From the NCBI GenBank assembly GCA_031370645.1, contig JANMQV010000061.1:1-48687 (forward strand): DNA of 48,687 bases, given 5' to 3'. Source of the stretch: Candidatus Eiseniibacteriota bacterium (GTDB lineage: Bacteria; Eisenbacteria; RBG-16-71-46; SZUA-252). Below the pieces are notes generated by a model. That model was not told the origin of the DNA. It saw nothing but the letters and a program-made list of their open reading frames with translations, and did no database searches. How positions within the stretch are numbered: position 1 is the first letter of the stretch; every line of letters starts with the position of its first letter. A program made the translations under genes and the position numbers. Positions 11,542 through 19,976 of this stretch are shown here, piece by piece.

Positions 11542-12528
11542 CTACCCGTTGACCGTCAACATCCCGGCCTGAGGGTATCGGTCTCCGGAGGTGATTCCCC
11601 TGGGCATCGACTCCTCGATCCGCTTCAGGTCCGCGGGAGCCAGCGAGACTTCAAGAGCGCCAACATTCTCTTTCAGAAGCCGGCGCTGCTTCGTTCCCGG
11701 AATCGGAACGATGTCGGTGCCCCGCGCGAGCAACCAGGCGAGCGCGAGTTGTGCCGGCGTGCAGCCCTTCTCCTTCGCGATCTCCTCCACTTTCGCGACG
11801 AGATCGACGTTCCTCTGAAAGTTCTCCCCTTGGAAGCGCGGATGATTGCGGCGGAAATCTTCGGGCGGCAGGTCCTCGAACTTCTTGAACCGTCCCGAGA
11901 GAAATCCGCGGCCGAGCGGGCTGTAGGCGACGAATCCGACGCCCAGCTCGCGGCACGTGGCGAGGACTTCGTCCTCCGGATCGCGAGTCCAAAGCGAATA
12001 CTCGGTTTGTAGTGCGGAAATCGCATGAACCTTGCAGGCGCGGCGTAGCGTGGCAGGCGATGCTTCCGATAGACCGAGGTACCGGACCTTCCCCTCCCGG
12101 ACCAATTCCGCCATAGCACCCACGGTCTCCTCGATGGGAACCGTCCGGTCCACGCGATGCTGATAGTAGAGATCGATCACGCTCACCCCGAGACGCTGCA
12201 GCGAGGCGTCGCACGCGGAACGCACGTAATCCGGATGCCCGTTCACGCCGATGAACTTTCCGTCCGCCCCGCGCATGTTTCCGAACTTGGTCGCGATGAC
12301 GACTCGATCGCGACGATCCTTGATCGCCTGCCCCACAAGAATTTCATTCTTATAGGGCCCATAGATGTCCGCCGTATCGAGGAGCGTGATGCCCATCTCG
12401 ATCGCCCCGTGGATCGTGGCGATCGATTCCGCCTCATCCGTGGGCCCGTAGAACTCGGACATCCCCATGCATCCGAGGCCGATGGCCGAGACCTCGAGCC
12501 CCTGGCGGCCGAGCTTGCGCTTCATCAT
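11542..12528 (-). CDS. Aldo/keto reductase
   Basis: [54 protein letters not shown]. Confidence 0.96.
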   Translation of the reverse strand: MMKRKLGRQGLEVSAIGLGCMGMSEFYGPTDEAESIATIHGAIEMGITLLDTADIYGPYKNEILVGQAIKDRRDRVVIATKFGNMRGADGKFIGVNGHPDYVRSACDASLQRLGVSVIDLYYQHRVDRTVPIEETVGAMAELVREGKVRYLGLSEASPATLRRACKVHAISALQTEYSLWTRDPEDEVLATCRELGVGFVAYSPLGRGFLSGRFKKFEDLPPEDFRRNHPRFQGENFQRNVDLVAKVEEIAKEKGCTPAQLALAWLLARGTDIVPIPGTKQRRLLKENVGALEVSLAPADLKRIEESMPRGITSGDRYPQAGMLTVNG

Positions 12529-12574
12529 TGCCGATTCTCCTGTCGTCGTGCCTCGCGTGCGTCGGTGCCTGATC

Positions 12575-13216
12575 TCATCTCAGGAGCTTGAATGCATGGG
12601 ACCACTCTTGGCGAAGGAGGCCGGGAATGCACCAGAGGATGCAAAGCGGTTCAATGGCGCGCGCGGCCTCCGCCTTTCCCATGTCCGCCACCTCCCATCC
12701 GAACTGATCGAGAATGATCGTGACACTCTTCTTGGCGGCCTCGTCATTTCCGCAGATAAACATCGTCGGTTTCCCGCCCTTGAACTTGGGATGAATCATT
12801 TGGGCGTGCCCGACCGAATTGAACGCCTTGACGAAACTTGCCGCGGGAAATTCGCGCTGGAGCCGCTCCATCAGGGAGTCGTCGAGGCTCGTGAAGAATC
12901 GCAGCACGCCGTTCTCGGGTGGCGCGTCCGCGATCGGGTTGGTCGCGTCGATCACCGTCTTTCCGGCGAGATTGGTAATTCCCGCAGCGCGAAGTGCGTC
13001 GGCCGCTCCTGCCCCCTTGACGGCAAGTACCAACGTTTCCCCGAAGGTCGCTGACTCCGCGAAACTCCCCACGAGGCCGCCGCGATGCTTCCAGTCCCAG
13101 TCCTCCAGTTTCGAAGGGTCGCGCGTCCCAAGCATGACGACGTGACCGTGCTCCATGAATCCCGCGGCGAGCGACTTCGCCACGGAGCCCGAACCTAGAA
13201 TGCCGACTTTCATCAC
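12575..13216 (-). CDS. NADPH-dependent F420 reductase-like / dinucleotide-binding oxidoreductase
   Basis: Rossmann motif [45 protein letters not shown] before GTG/ATG. Confidence 0.88.
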   Translation of the reverse strand: MMKVGILGSGSVAKSLAAGFMEHGHVVMLGTRDPSKLEDWDWKHRGGLVGSFAESATFGETLVLAVKGAGAADALRAAGITNLAGKTVIDATNPIADAPPENGVLRFFTSLDDSLMERLQREFPAASFVKAFNSVGHAQMIHPKFKGGKPTMFICGNDEAAKKSVTIILDQFGWEVADMGKAEAARAIEPLCILWCIPGLLRQEWSHAFKLLR

Positions 13217-13340
13217 TTCCTCCAGATGTGGGAGGGGGAGGGTCGAGTCTTACGAGGATTCCGAATCGTATTGGACGATGGTACGCCATGACGCCGTTGG
13301 AGCGGGCTACTGGCAATATCGCGCGGATTCCGGCTCGGAT

Positions 13341-13370
13341 TTGAAATCAATTATCTCATTGCCGTACAAT
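13341..13370 (+). promoter_or_regulatory. Sigma-70-type promoter candidate overlapping an imperfect palindrome
   Basis: TTGAAA-N18-TACAAT in an AT-rich patch; TGAAAT-caatt-ATCTCA inverted repeat at 13342-13358. Confidence 0.45.
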
Positions 13371-13718
13371 AGCTTAAGCATCTTGGCGCGTCCCCGGCGA
13401 CCACGGCCGAACCCACCGTCTACCTCACGCCGCCTTGCGGACTCAAATGCTGAGGCGTAGCCTCTTCTTGCTGGGTAGCCGCACTCTCGGACGCGCCTTG
13501 CAGGAAGGGACTCCCGACCTGGTTTCATGACCTGATGGTTAAGGGTTGAGGCGCCGAACATCCCGCCACCGCATCGCTCCTCGCCTTCGCCCTTTCGAAT
13601 TCCGGCACGAGTCGATCGAGCCGAGTCGCGCTCCTGAATCCTCGGTGAAGCGCGCTCGGTAGGGGTCTGTCGACCAGCCCGTCGCCATGTGCCGGGGCGA
13701 CGGAAAGGAGAATCCTCC

Positions 13719-14024
13719 ATGAGACGATACCTTTTCCTCGCGCTTGGTCTCGCACTCTGTGGCGCGGTGGGCGCCTGCACCCGCCTGGAGATCGTGGGGC
13801 CGAAGGATTCGGGGCGGCCGGGGGAATTCCCGCACCAGAAGCTCGCGAGTCGCGACGCCCTTCCGGCGGATCTGGGGGACCTTGTGGGCGTGACGGCGAG
13901 CGCGGAGCACCCGAACTGGGCGCAAGCGTGGTTCATGCGGCCCGACAAGTCGATCGCGGTCGTGTGGATCAACTCGCGAACGGGTTCCATGCTCGACGAG
14001 ATGCTGATCATTCCTCGGCGCTAA
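13719..14024 (+). CDS. Small hypothetical lipoprotein
   Basis: RBS AAAGGAG; MRRYLFLALGLALCGAVGA-C lipobox-like signal. Confidence 0.7.
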   Translation: MRRYLFLALGLALCGAVGACTRLEIVGPKDSGRPGEFPHQKLASRDALPADLGDLVGVTASAEHPNWAQAWFMRPDKSIAVVWINSRTGSMLDEMLIIPRR

Positions 14025-14075
14025 GCGTTCGGCGGAATCGCACGTCACACGTCTGAATGGAAAGGAAGGTTGCGA

Positions 14076-14306
14076 ATGGCTTCCGATGCCGTGACTAGCA
14101 TGATGAGCCGCGTCCTTTTCTTCGCGGCGTTTCTGCTCCTCGCCGCCGCGGTTCTCGAGCGGATCGTCAACTATTTCGGGTACACGTTTCTCGGCGCGAA
14201 CTACACGCCCGGGCGGATGCTGGAGTTCGCCGGGATCATGCTCTTGTTCGTGATCGCCATCCTGCTGCGGCAGACGCGGGAAGAGCTTCGGCACAAGGGC
14301 GCGTAG
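14076..14306 (+). CDS. Small two-helix membrane protein
   Basis: RBS AAAGGAAGG; two hydrophobic segments (VLFFAAFLLLAAAVL and FAGIMLLFVIAILL). Confidence 0.7.
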   Translation: MASDAVTSMMSRVLFFAAFLLLAAAVLERIVNYFGYTFLGANYTPGRMLEFAGIMLLFVIAILLRQTREELRHKGA

Positions 14307-14397
14307 AGCGCTTCGACAGTCGGTGGCGGCGGGGTGGAGTCTTCGCCCCGCCGTCCGATCACCACGGAACCCCATCCGACGCGAACGCGAAGCGGCG

Positions 14398-14826
14398 TTA
14401 CCGCCTCACATCGGGGCCGACATCCGGCGTGCCGACGTCGGCCTCTCCCCCAGCGAGCTCCGATCGCGCCTTCAGTGCGAGCGCCTCATACTGCGCCCGA
14501 AACCGATTCAGCATCTCCTCATCCAGATCCTCGAGATCCAGGAGCGCGTTGTGCGCCCCCGAGGTCGCGCGGATGAGTTCGTCCAATTTGATCTGGATCG
14601 CCTCGGTGTCCCGGTTCTGGGTGTTCTGAATGAGGAACACCATCAGAAATGTTATGACCGTCGTGGCGGTGTTGATGACCAATTGCCACGTGTCGCTGAA
14701 GCGAAAAATCGGACCCGTCACCACCCAGGCCAAAATCACCGCCACGGCGAGAGCGAAGCTCTGCGGTCGCCCCGTGAACCGGGACGCCCACTTCGAGAAG
14801 CGCGAGAACCAGCCTGTTGGCATCAT
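14398..14826 (-). CDS. Low-affinity iron permease (Fet4-like) family protein
   Basis: GPIFRFSDTWQLVINTATTVITFLMVFLIQNTQNRDTEAIQIKLDELIRA; RBS GGAGG before ATG 14826. Confidence 0.92.
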   Translation of the reverse strand: MMPTGWFSRFSKWASRFTGRPQSFALAVAVILAWVVTGPIFRFSDTWQLVINTATTVITFLMVFLIQNTQNRDTEAIQIKLDELIRATSGAHNALLDLEDLDEEMLNRFRAQYEALALKARSELAGGEADVGTPDVGPDVRR

Positions 14827-14848
14827 GGTGGTGGTACCTCCGCCTACG

Positions 14849-15427
14849 TCAGTTAGCAACTTCTGTCCAACGAACGACCTTCCAGGTGGTGTCGCCGGGG
14901 GCGGCGACGGTCGGCTTGAACGCGAATTCCATCGGTTCATTTGTGGCGTAGTGCGTCGTCGCCGTACCGATATCCTCGATTCGGATCGTGGATGCGAAAA
15001 TGGGGATGACGGCCCAGTCCGCAGGATCGCCTGCATACGCGGGTAGCCGTTGCCAGGTGGCCGGAGATCCGAGGTCGAGATTTACGGTCACGATAGTGGC
15101 GGTGCGCATCAAGATACCGACATGGTGGATTTCGTCGGCTCTCGTGAAAGTCAGAACGGGCGTAGACGACGAGGCGTCGGTGGAAGTGCCTTCGTAGACA
15201 ACGTCGTACACAGCTGCCGTTTCGACCGAATCGCGTCGGACGTATGCGGACACGAGATTCTGTAGGACGTTTCTGGGAGACGTGGGGGCTAGGTACTGGA
15301 ACGGAGTTCCTCCTCCGGAGTCGGGGCCCGTTGTCGTCTTCCCACAACCACCAAGCACGGCGACGAAAAGCCAAAGCAATGCCACCATCCCAAATCCAGT
15401 CACGATCGAATCACGCCAGGACCTCAC
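14849..15427 (-). CDS. Hypothetical lipoprotein (possibly NTF2/SnoaL-like fold)
   Basis: GTG 15427 with RBS GGAGGAGG; lipobox LGG-C; TSPRNVLQNLVSAY at the N-terminus and WKVVRWTE at the C-terminus. Confidence 0.7.
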   Translation of the reverse strand: MRSWRDSIVTGFGMVALLWLFVAVLGGCGKTTTGPDSGGGTPFQYLAPTSPRNVLQNLVSAYVRRDSVETAAVYDVVYEGTSTDASSSTPVLTFTRADEIHHVGILMRTATIVTVNLDLGSPATWQRLPAYAGDPADWAVIPIFASTIRIEDIGTATTHYATNEPMEFAFKPTVAAPGDTTWKVVRWTEVAN

Positions 15428-15599
15428 CGAATCCTCCTCCACGCTCCAGCCCGTTCGATCTCCCAAGTATCCGAGTAGAGATCCGAGCCCTGCGATCAGC
15501 CGGCACCACTGGACAGTACTGTTACACCGCGGGATGGATTTACTCCAAGCCCTGCCTTGAATGTTCGCGACTCTCTTAAAGATTGCAGCTAGTGGTTCC

Positions 15600-16112
15600 C
15601 TACCGAATCCGAACAGCCCGCCCCTTCGCTTGCCCACCCCCCTCGGCGGGCTCACCTTTCGAGTTGAGCGCCTCGTACGCCATGGTCGACGTGAAGGACT
15701 GGCCATCCGCCGCAACAGAGATTCGCTCTGTCAGCACACCGCGCCCCGACGGCAGCCAGCCCGCACCGGTCTTGAAGGCATCGGGACTCGAGGGCGCCGT
15801 CACGAAGAATTCGTACTTTGCTTCGAACTCGTTCGCCCCGACCGGCCGCCAGACGCCGTAGGCGGGAGGCACTGGCGGAGCGGCGTCATAGTTTGACGAT
15901 TCCGTCATTGTCCCGCCCTCGTTGAACAGGTACATGAATTCGAGATCCTTGGTGGCGGCGAACGTTCCCGTCTCGAACTGGATCGCTGATCGCCAAGCGC
16001 CGACGAGAGGGGCGTGCTGGGTCGGCCGATCCGTAGCGCATCCGGTCGCCAGCAGCAGCGCCGTGAAAATCACCAAATGAAACCGTTCGCGGTTCAACGG
16101 GACCTCCATCAT
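15600..16112 (-). CDS. Hypothetical lipoprotein (lipocalin-like beta-barrel)
   Basis: Lipobox ATG-C, PLVGAW and YGVW motifs; the true start may be TTG 16097, which has GGAGG just upstream. Confidence 0.72.
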   Translation of the reverse strand: MMEVPLNRERFHLVIFTALLLATGCATDRPTQHAPLVGAWRSAIQFETGTFAATKDLEFMYLFNEGGTMTESSNYDAAPPVPPAYGVWRPVGANEFEAKYEFFVTAPSSPDAFKTGAGWLPSGRGVLTERISVAADGQSFTSTMAYEALNSKGEPAEGGGQAKGRAVRIR

Positions 16113-16116
16113 TGAG

Positions 16117-16148
16117 ACGGCTCCGATCCCGTGGGGGACCGGAGCCGT
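16117..16148 (-). terminator. Strong hairpin downstream of the metalloprotease gene
   Basis: Minus strand ACGGCTCCGGTCCC-CCAC-GGGATCGGAGCCGT, a 14-bp stem with one G-U pair; weak U tract. Confidence 0.5.
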
Positions 16149-16180
16149 TTGATTTCGATTTCAGTTCGCCCTGGACTGAG

Positions 16181-16987
16181 CTACTCGACCCACAGAATGA
16201 ACGTATATTCCTTGCGGCCGCCGCCAAAGTCGCGCTCGTAGACGGTGCCACGACCGTGGTCGTTGAAACGCATCGCCTGGCCCCATGTGCTCGGAACAGA
16301 GATGTCCACGCGCTGATCGACCGGAACGATCATCGGCGCGAATGCGGCCGAATCGAAGTGGCTGTAAATCGTAACCAGTTCGTCGTAGTCGTGCTGGTTC
16401 GGCGTCGTGTTCTGGGTAGGATCGTTCGTGTAATCCATGCACGAGCCGCGGCCGCAGGCGTCGAGCAGGTCGGCGTTGTTGAAGTTCGTGTCCTGGTGGT
16501 CGAGCCCAAACGCGTGTCCGACTTCCTGGGACATGACGAACTGCCTCCACGCCGGAGTGTTGTACGTCGCGGTGTTGAAGTACGTGTCATTGATTTTCAC
16601 ATACGCCGAGGAGATGTGAGACCCACTCACCGAAATTCCGGCGATGCCGAGCCATCCGTTGTTTCCGTACGTTCCATTGCATACCTCGACGCGCCCGGCG
16701 GTCGCATTGCACCGCTTGTTGTTCGCCCTCCCGGCGACGACGGTGGTCCGGATGGGGTTGTTGGGATTGTTGCAGGCGCCCGAGGTCAACTGCCAGTCCG
16801 TGGCTGCCTTGGTCAAATAGCTCTTCCAACTGGTGGCGAGGTTATCGCCGATCGCCACCGTAATGGGGTTCGACGGCCGCGACCAATGGTAGCCGCCCCA
16901 GGAGTGGGTCGCCATGGCGGGCGAGGCATGGAGCGAGGCAAGGCAGAGTAGAGCGATCGCTGGAATGAGGGCGCGGGGGGAGTTCAT
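16181..16987 (-). CDS. Secreted metzincin-like (matrixin/M10-like) metalloprotease with a variant QExxHxxGxxH motif
   Basis: Signal peptide ending AMA; GWLGIA; QEVGHAFGLDH; Met-turn-like SCMDY; RBS GGAGG. Confidence 0.8.
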   Translation of the reverse strand: MNSPRALIPAIALLCLASLHASPAMATHSWGGYHWSRPSNPITVAIGDNLATSWKSYLTKAATDWQLTSGACNNPNNPIRTTVVAGRANNKRCNATAGRVEVCNGTYGNNGWLGIAGISVSGSHISSAYVKINDTYFNTATYNTPAWRQFVMSQEVGHAFGLDHQDTNFNNADLLDACGRGSCMDYTNDPTQNTTPNQHDYDELVTIYSHFDSAAFAPMIVPVDQRVDISVPSTWGQAMRFNDHGRGTVYERDFGGGRKEYTFILWVE

Positions 16988-17236
16988 GCGAACGTTACCT
17001 CCGAAAGAGATGCATTTCCTGCCGACGGTCCTTGCCGCCGCACCGAGGAACTGGAGTGGTCAATTCGCCGCACCGCACGTACACCCCGCGGGCTCGGTGC
17101 CATGACCCTTCCGGGCGGCAGGCAGACTCTTGGAGTACAGCGAATCACCCGAGAGCCCGTGCGCTCCACAACTGCCGCGTATCAGGATTGATAACAGTAA
17201 ATTGTGGGAATCGTCAAAGGATAAGGAGCCAAGCCC

Positions 17237-19045
17237 TTACCGCACGAAAACCAATTTCCGGGTTCCGACCACGGGCGGATACTCCCACGCGGAGTACCTG
17301 AGAAGGTAGATCCCCGCCGCAAGATCGGTGAGATCCAATTCCACTTCAGCCATTCCGAGTGCGGGCACGCCCGCGAACGCCTTCGCGCGAAGTAGCCGGC
17401 CCCCGATGTCGTACACCCTGATGACTGCGCTCGAACCCGTTCCGGGCCCTCTAACCTTGAGCCGGAATCGGCCTTGGCTAGGATTTGGTGAGAGGTTCAC
17501 GATCCCATCACAGCCGCGGCAAAAGGACGGCCCGACGGCCCCACCCGCCGTGATCCGCTGCATCACAACATCGGCGCCGCCGGGACTCCCCCAATCGATC
17601 CAGGCGAGAATGGCACCCCCGCTTCCATCTCCGACGACCGTCGAGACCAGCGCCGATCCACCGCCGACCTGCTGATTGTCCGGAGAGGTCACGATGGGAA
17701 GGCCGGATGAGGGCCATCCTTCGGCGCGTGTTCCGCCCGAGGTAATGTGTTGAGCGTAGACATCGACCTGCGTTGCAGGCCGGTAGTCATCCCAGGCAAC
17801 GATCGCGCCTCCGGAGCCGTCACCGACCAACGCCGGTCCCTGACCCTCGGCGATGGTCGTGCCCGTCGGCACGCCTGCCGGATCCCACCCCGGAGCCACC
17901 GTCCCTTCGGCGGTGATGCGTTGCACGAAGACGTTCGGCAGACCGCTCAGCGCGATTTCCCACGAAACCAAGAGGCCACCGGCTCCATCCATCGCGGCCT
18001 TGGGGATTCTCTCATCACCCGGGGCAACTCGGACGGGAATTCCATCGCCTCCCCAACCCGGTGGGAACCCACCAAGCGCAGTGACGCGCTGGCAGTAGAT
18101 GTCCGCTTCCCCGCCGTCGCTGAAATCCGTTTCATCCCGGTAGTCGCGCCACGCCGTGTAAAACCCGCCCTGCCCATCGGGAACGATCGAGGGCGCGTCC
18201 TGTCGCCCGGGTGCTCCGCAGATCACGAGCCCGCTATCCGGCCAACCGGGCGCAACGCTCCCCGACGAGGTGATGCGAGTCGCGATGATGTCCGTGTTCG
18301 ACCCGGCCGCCCAAAAGCGATCCCAGACGATAAACGCGCCTCCCTCCGAGTCCGGAAGGATCGCAGGCTGGAATTCGATTCCTGTCCCGCCGGCGATTTG
18401 TAGTCCGTTCGCGGGCCATCCGTTCGCGGGCACGCCGATATCGAGCATTCGCTGCGCGTAGATTCGCCCGTTGCTAAATCCCTTTCGAAAGTCTTCCCAA
18501 GCGATAAATGCGCCTCCGGCTCCGTCGTGGGCGATGACTGGATCGGTCTGCGTGCCCGATGCGGTGCAGACCGGCACCCCGTCGACCGGCCACGACGGGA
18601 CGATCGTTCCGTCGCCCATGACATGAAGCGCATAGATGTCCGGAGAGGCGCCCCGCTCGTCGTACCACGTCGCGATCACGCCATCCGCTCCGTCGGGGGC
18701 GAGGCGCACCAAGAACTGCCGCCCCGGCGCTGTGCAAACCGGCCGTCCCGTTGTTCGATAGATTTGCCAATCGATTCGGCCGGTCCCATCGATGCGCTGC
18801 AGGTAGACGTTGTGTTCGTTCACGCCTGCCTGCGCGTCGACCCAAATCACGAACGCTCCGCCGTGGCCGTCGCTGAGTATGTCGCCTGTGATCTGATCGC
18901 CGGGCTGAGGCGCCACGGAAAGCCCACCGGGCGGCCACGCAAGCGCGGGAGGAGAAGGCGGAGTCGCAGCGGAGAGCGGAGCGCACAAGATCTCCGCGGT
19001 TGCTAGGAAGGCTATGAGAACTCGGATACCAAGGGAGCGTGTCAA
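17237..19045 (-). CDS. Secreted repeat protein (8 x DGxGGAxxxWxD...DIYxQR) with a C-terminal T9SS/FlgD-like sorting domain
   Basis: Signal peptide; eight repeats of about 60 aa; C-terminus SPNPSQGRF...IRVYDIGGRLLR...LAAGIYLLR...TRKLVFVR. Confidence 0.85.
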   Translation of the reverse strand: MTRSLGIRVLIAFLATAEILCAPLSAATPPSPPALAWPPGGLSVAPQPGDQITGDILSDGHGGAFVIWVDAQAGVNEHNVYLQRIDGTGRIDWQIYRTTGRPVCTAPGRQFLVRLAPDGADGVIATWYDERGASPDIYALHVMGDGTIVPSWPVDGVPVCTASGTQTDPVIAHDGAGGAFIAWEDFRKGFSNGRIYAQRMLDIGVPANGWPANGLQIAGGTGIEFQPAILPDSEGGAFIVWDRFWAAGSNTDIIATRITSSGSVAPGWPDSGLVICGAPGRQDAPSIVPDGQGGFYTAWRDYRDETDFSDGGEADIYCQRVTALGGFPPGWGGDGIPVRVAPGDERIPKAAMDGAGGLLVSWEIALSGLPNVFVQRITAEGTVAPGWDPAGVPTGTTIAEGQGPALVGDGSGGAIVAWDDYRPATQVDVYAQHITSGGTRAEGWPSSGLPIVTSPDNQQVGGGSALVSTVVGDGSGGAILAWIDWGSPGGADVVMQRITAGGAVGPSFCRGCDGIVNLSPNPSQGRFRLKVRGPGTGSSAVIRVYDIGGRLLRAKAFAGVPALGMAEVELDLTDLAAGIYLLRYSAWEYPPVVGTRKLVFVR

Positions 19046-19055
19046 ACGAGTTTCC

Positions 19056-19283
19056 TCACCCCGGCAGCCCCACTCGATCCAGGAGTGTCTGGAACCGTGG
19101 GTCCGAGCGCAAGCTCGCGGGCCGCGGGTCCTTCCGCAAATAGACCAGCAAGGTGGAACGCTCGTCGGCCGCCTCGTTCAACAGTTCGAACGCCTTGTCC
19201 TTCTCGCCCAATCCGGCGTTAATGACCGCGGCGTGGTATGAGGAAATGTAGTGGGAGCGCGTCTTCCCGAGCAGTGCGTCCAC
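19056..19283 (-). pseudogene. Orphan C-terminal fragment of a TolB-like/TPR signalling protein (kinase or cyclase-TPR tail)
   Basis: YISSYHAAVINAGLGEKDKAFELLNEAADERSTLLVYLRKDPR...LRSDPRFQTLLDRVGL resembles the terminal TPR tail of much larger proteins; no upstream body is present. Confidence 0.65.
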
Positions 19284-19475
19284 GCGAACTCCCCCATGTC
19301 CGATGGCGAGGCGGGCTACTCCCCCATGCTACGCGCAGAAGCGGCGCAATTCCAGGAGCCTGAATGGGGCGTATCGCCGGGCGCTACTCGTAGTGTCCGA
19401 GAGGGGGGATGCTAGGGGCCTGGGCCTGCGCACCAGAGCGCCGAAGAAACGGATGCATACCCAGGAATCTGACGC

Positions 19476-19694
19476 TTACTTCCTGATCTTGTACGGATCC
19501 TGCGGCACGAAATTCGGACCGGTGATCGTGATTGTCAGCGCCCCGCCGACGGCTTCCCTCGCACTCGAGTCGAGGTTGCCGTCCGCTTCGAATGCCAGCG
19601 AGCCGGCGGAATCCGTTGCCCCCTCCGCGCTCACATCCACGTCCTCGAGAGAGGTCCCGTAGGCACCGCCATCCATGTCTGCTCCTGCCTTCAT
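19476..19694 (-). CDS. Small acidic hypothetical protein (72 aa)
   Basis: Strong RBS AAGGAGGG and a sigma-54 promoter candidate about 50 bp upstream. Confidence 0.55.
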   Translation of the reverse strand: MKAGADMDGGAYGTSLEDVDVSAEGATDSAGSLAFEADGNLDSSAREAVGGALTITITGPNFVPQDPYKIRK

Positions 19695-19742
19695 GATGTC
19701 CCTCCTTCACGAGCTTTTGGTGACCACGGTCTCGGGACTTTG

Positions 19743-19757
19743 GCAGGAATAGTGCCA
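19743..19757 (-). promoter_or_regulatory. Sigma-54 promoter candidate for the 72-aa ORF
   Basis: Minus strand TGGCAC-tattc-CTGC, 13/15 identical to the site at 7112. Confidence 0.6.
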
Positions 19758-19877
19758 CGGTGCAGGGGCGGGCGTGGCGAACCACTAAACCCTTGGAAGG
19801 TGATGTTTTGCCGAGCTGCGCCGATGTTCATGCTGGCGAATCACGAAAGGGTTCAACTCGGCCGAGAACTACGCTTT

Positions 19878-19903
19878 TACAAACCCGGCTCCGGATCTAC
19901 AAC
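19878..19903 (-). promoter_or_regulatory. Candidate upstream activator sequence (enhancer-binding protein site pair)
   Basis: Plus strand TACAAACccggctCCGGATCTACAAC nearly repeats 33435-33459; the minus-strand TGTA sites lie 144 and 124 bp upstream of the sigma-54 box. Confidence 0.55.
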
Positions 19904-19976
19904 TCCGGACGCCGATGCGCTTGGGGGCGGATTCAGCGTGGGCCTAGCGGGTTGCCGCGCAGGGTATCATCGGCAG

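Noticed and set aside
13487-13501. TCGGAC-gcgcc-TTGC as another sigma-54 box
   Set aside because: Good -12 element, but the invariant GG-N10-GC spacing is not met.
13630-13700. Resemblance to the c-di-AMP (ydaO) riboswitch (GAATC...GTAGGG...CCCGTC)
   Set aside because: Lacks the conserved AGCTAAC and GGAAC segments; cannot be supported without a covariance model.
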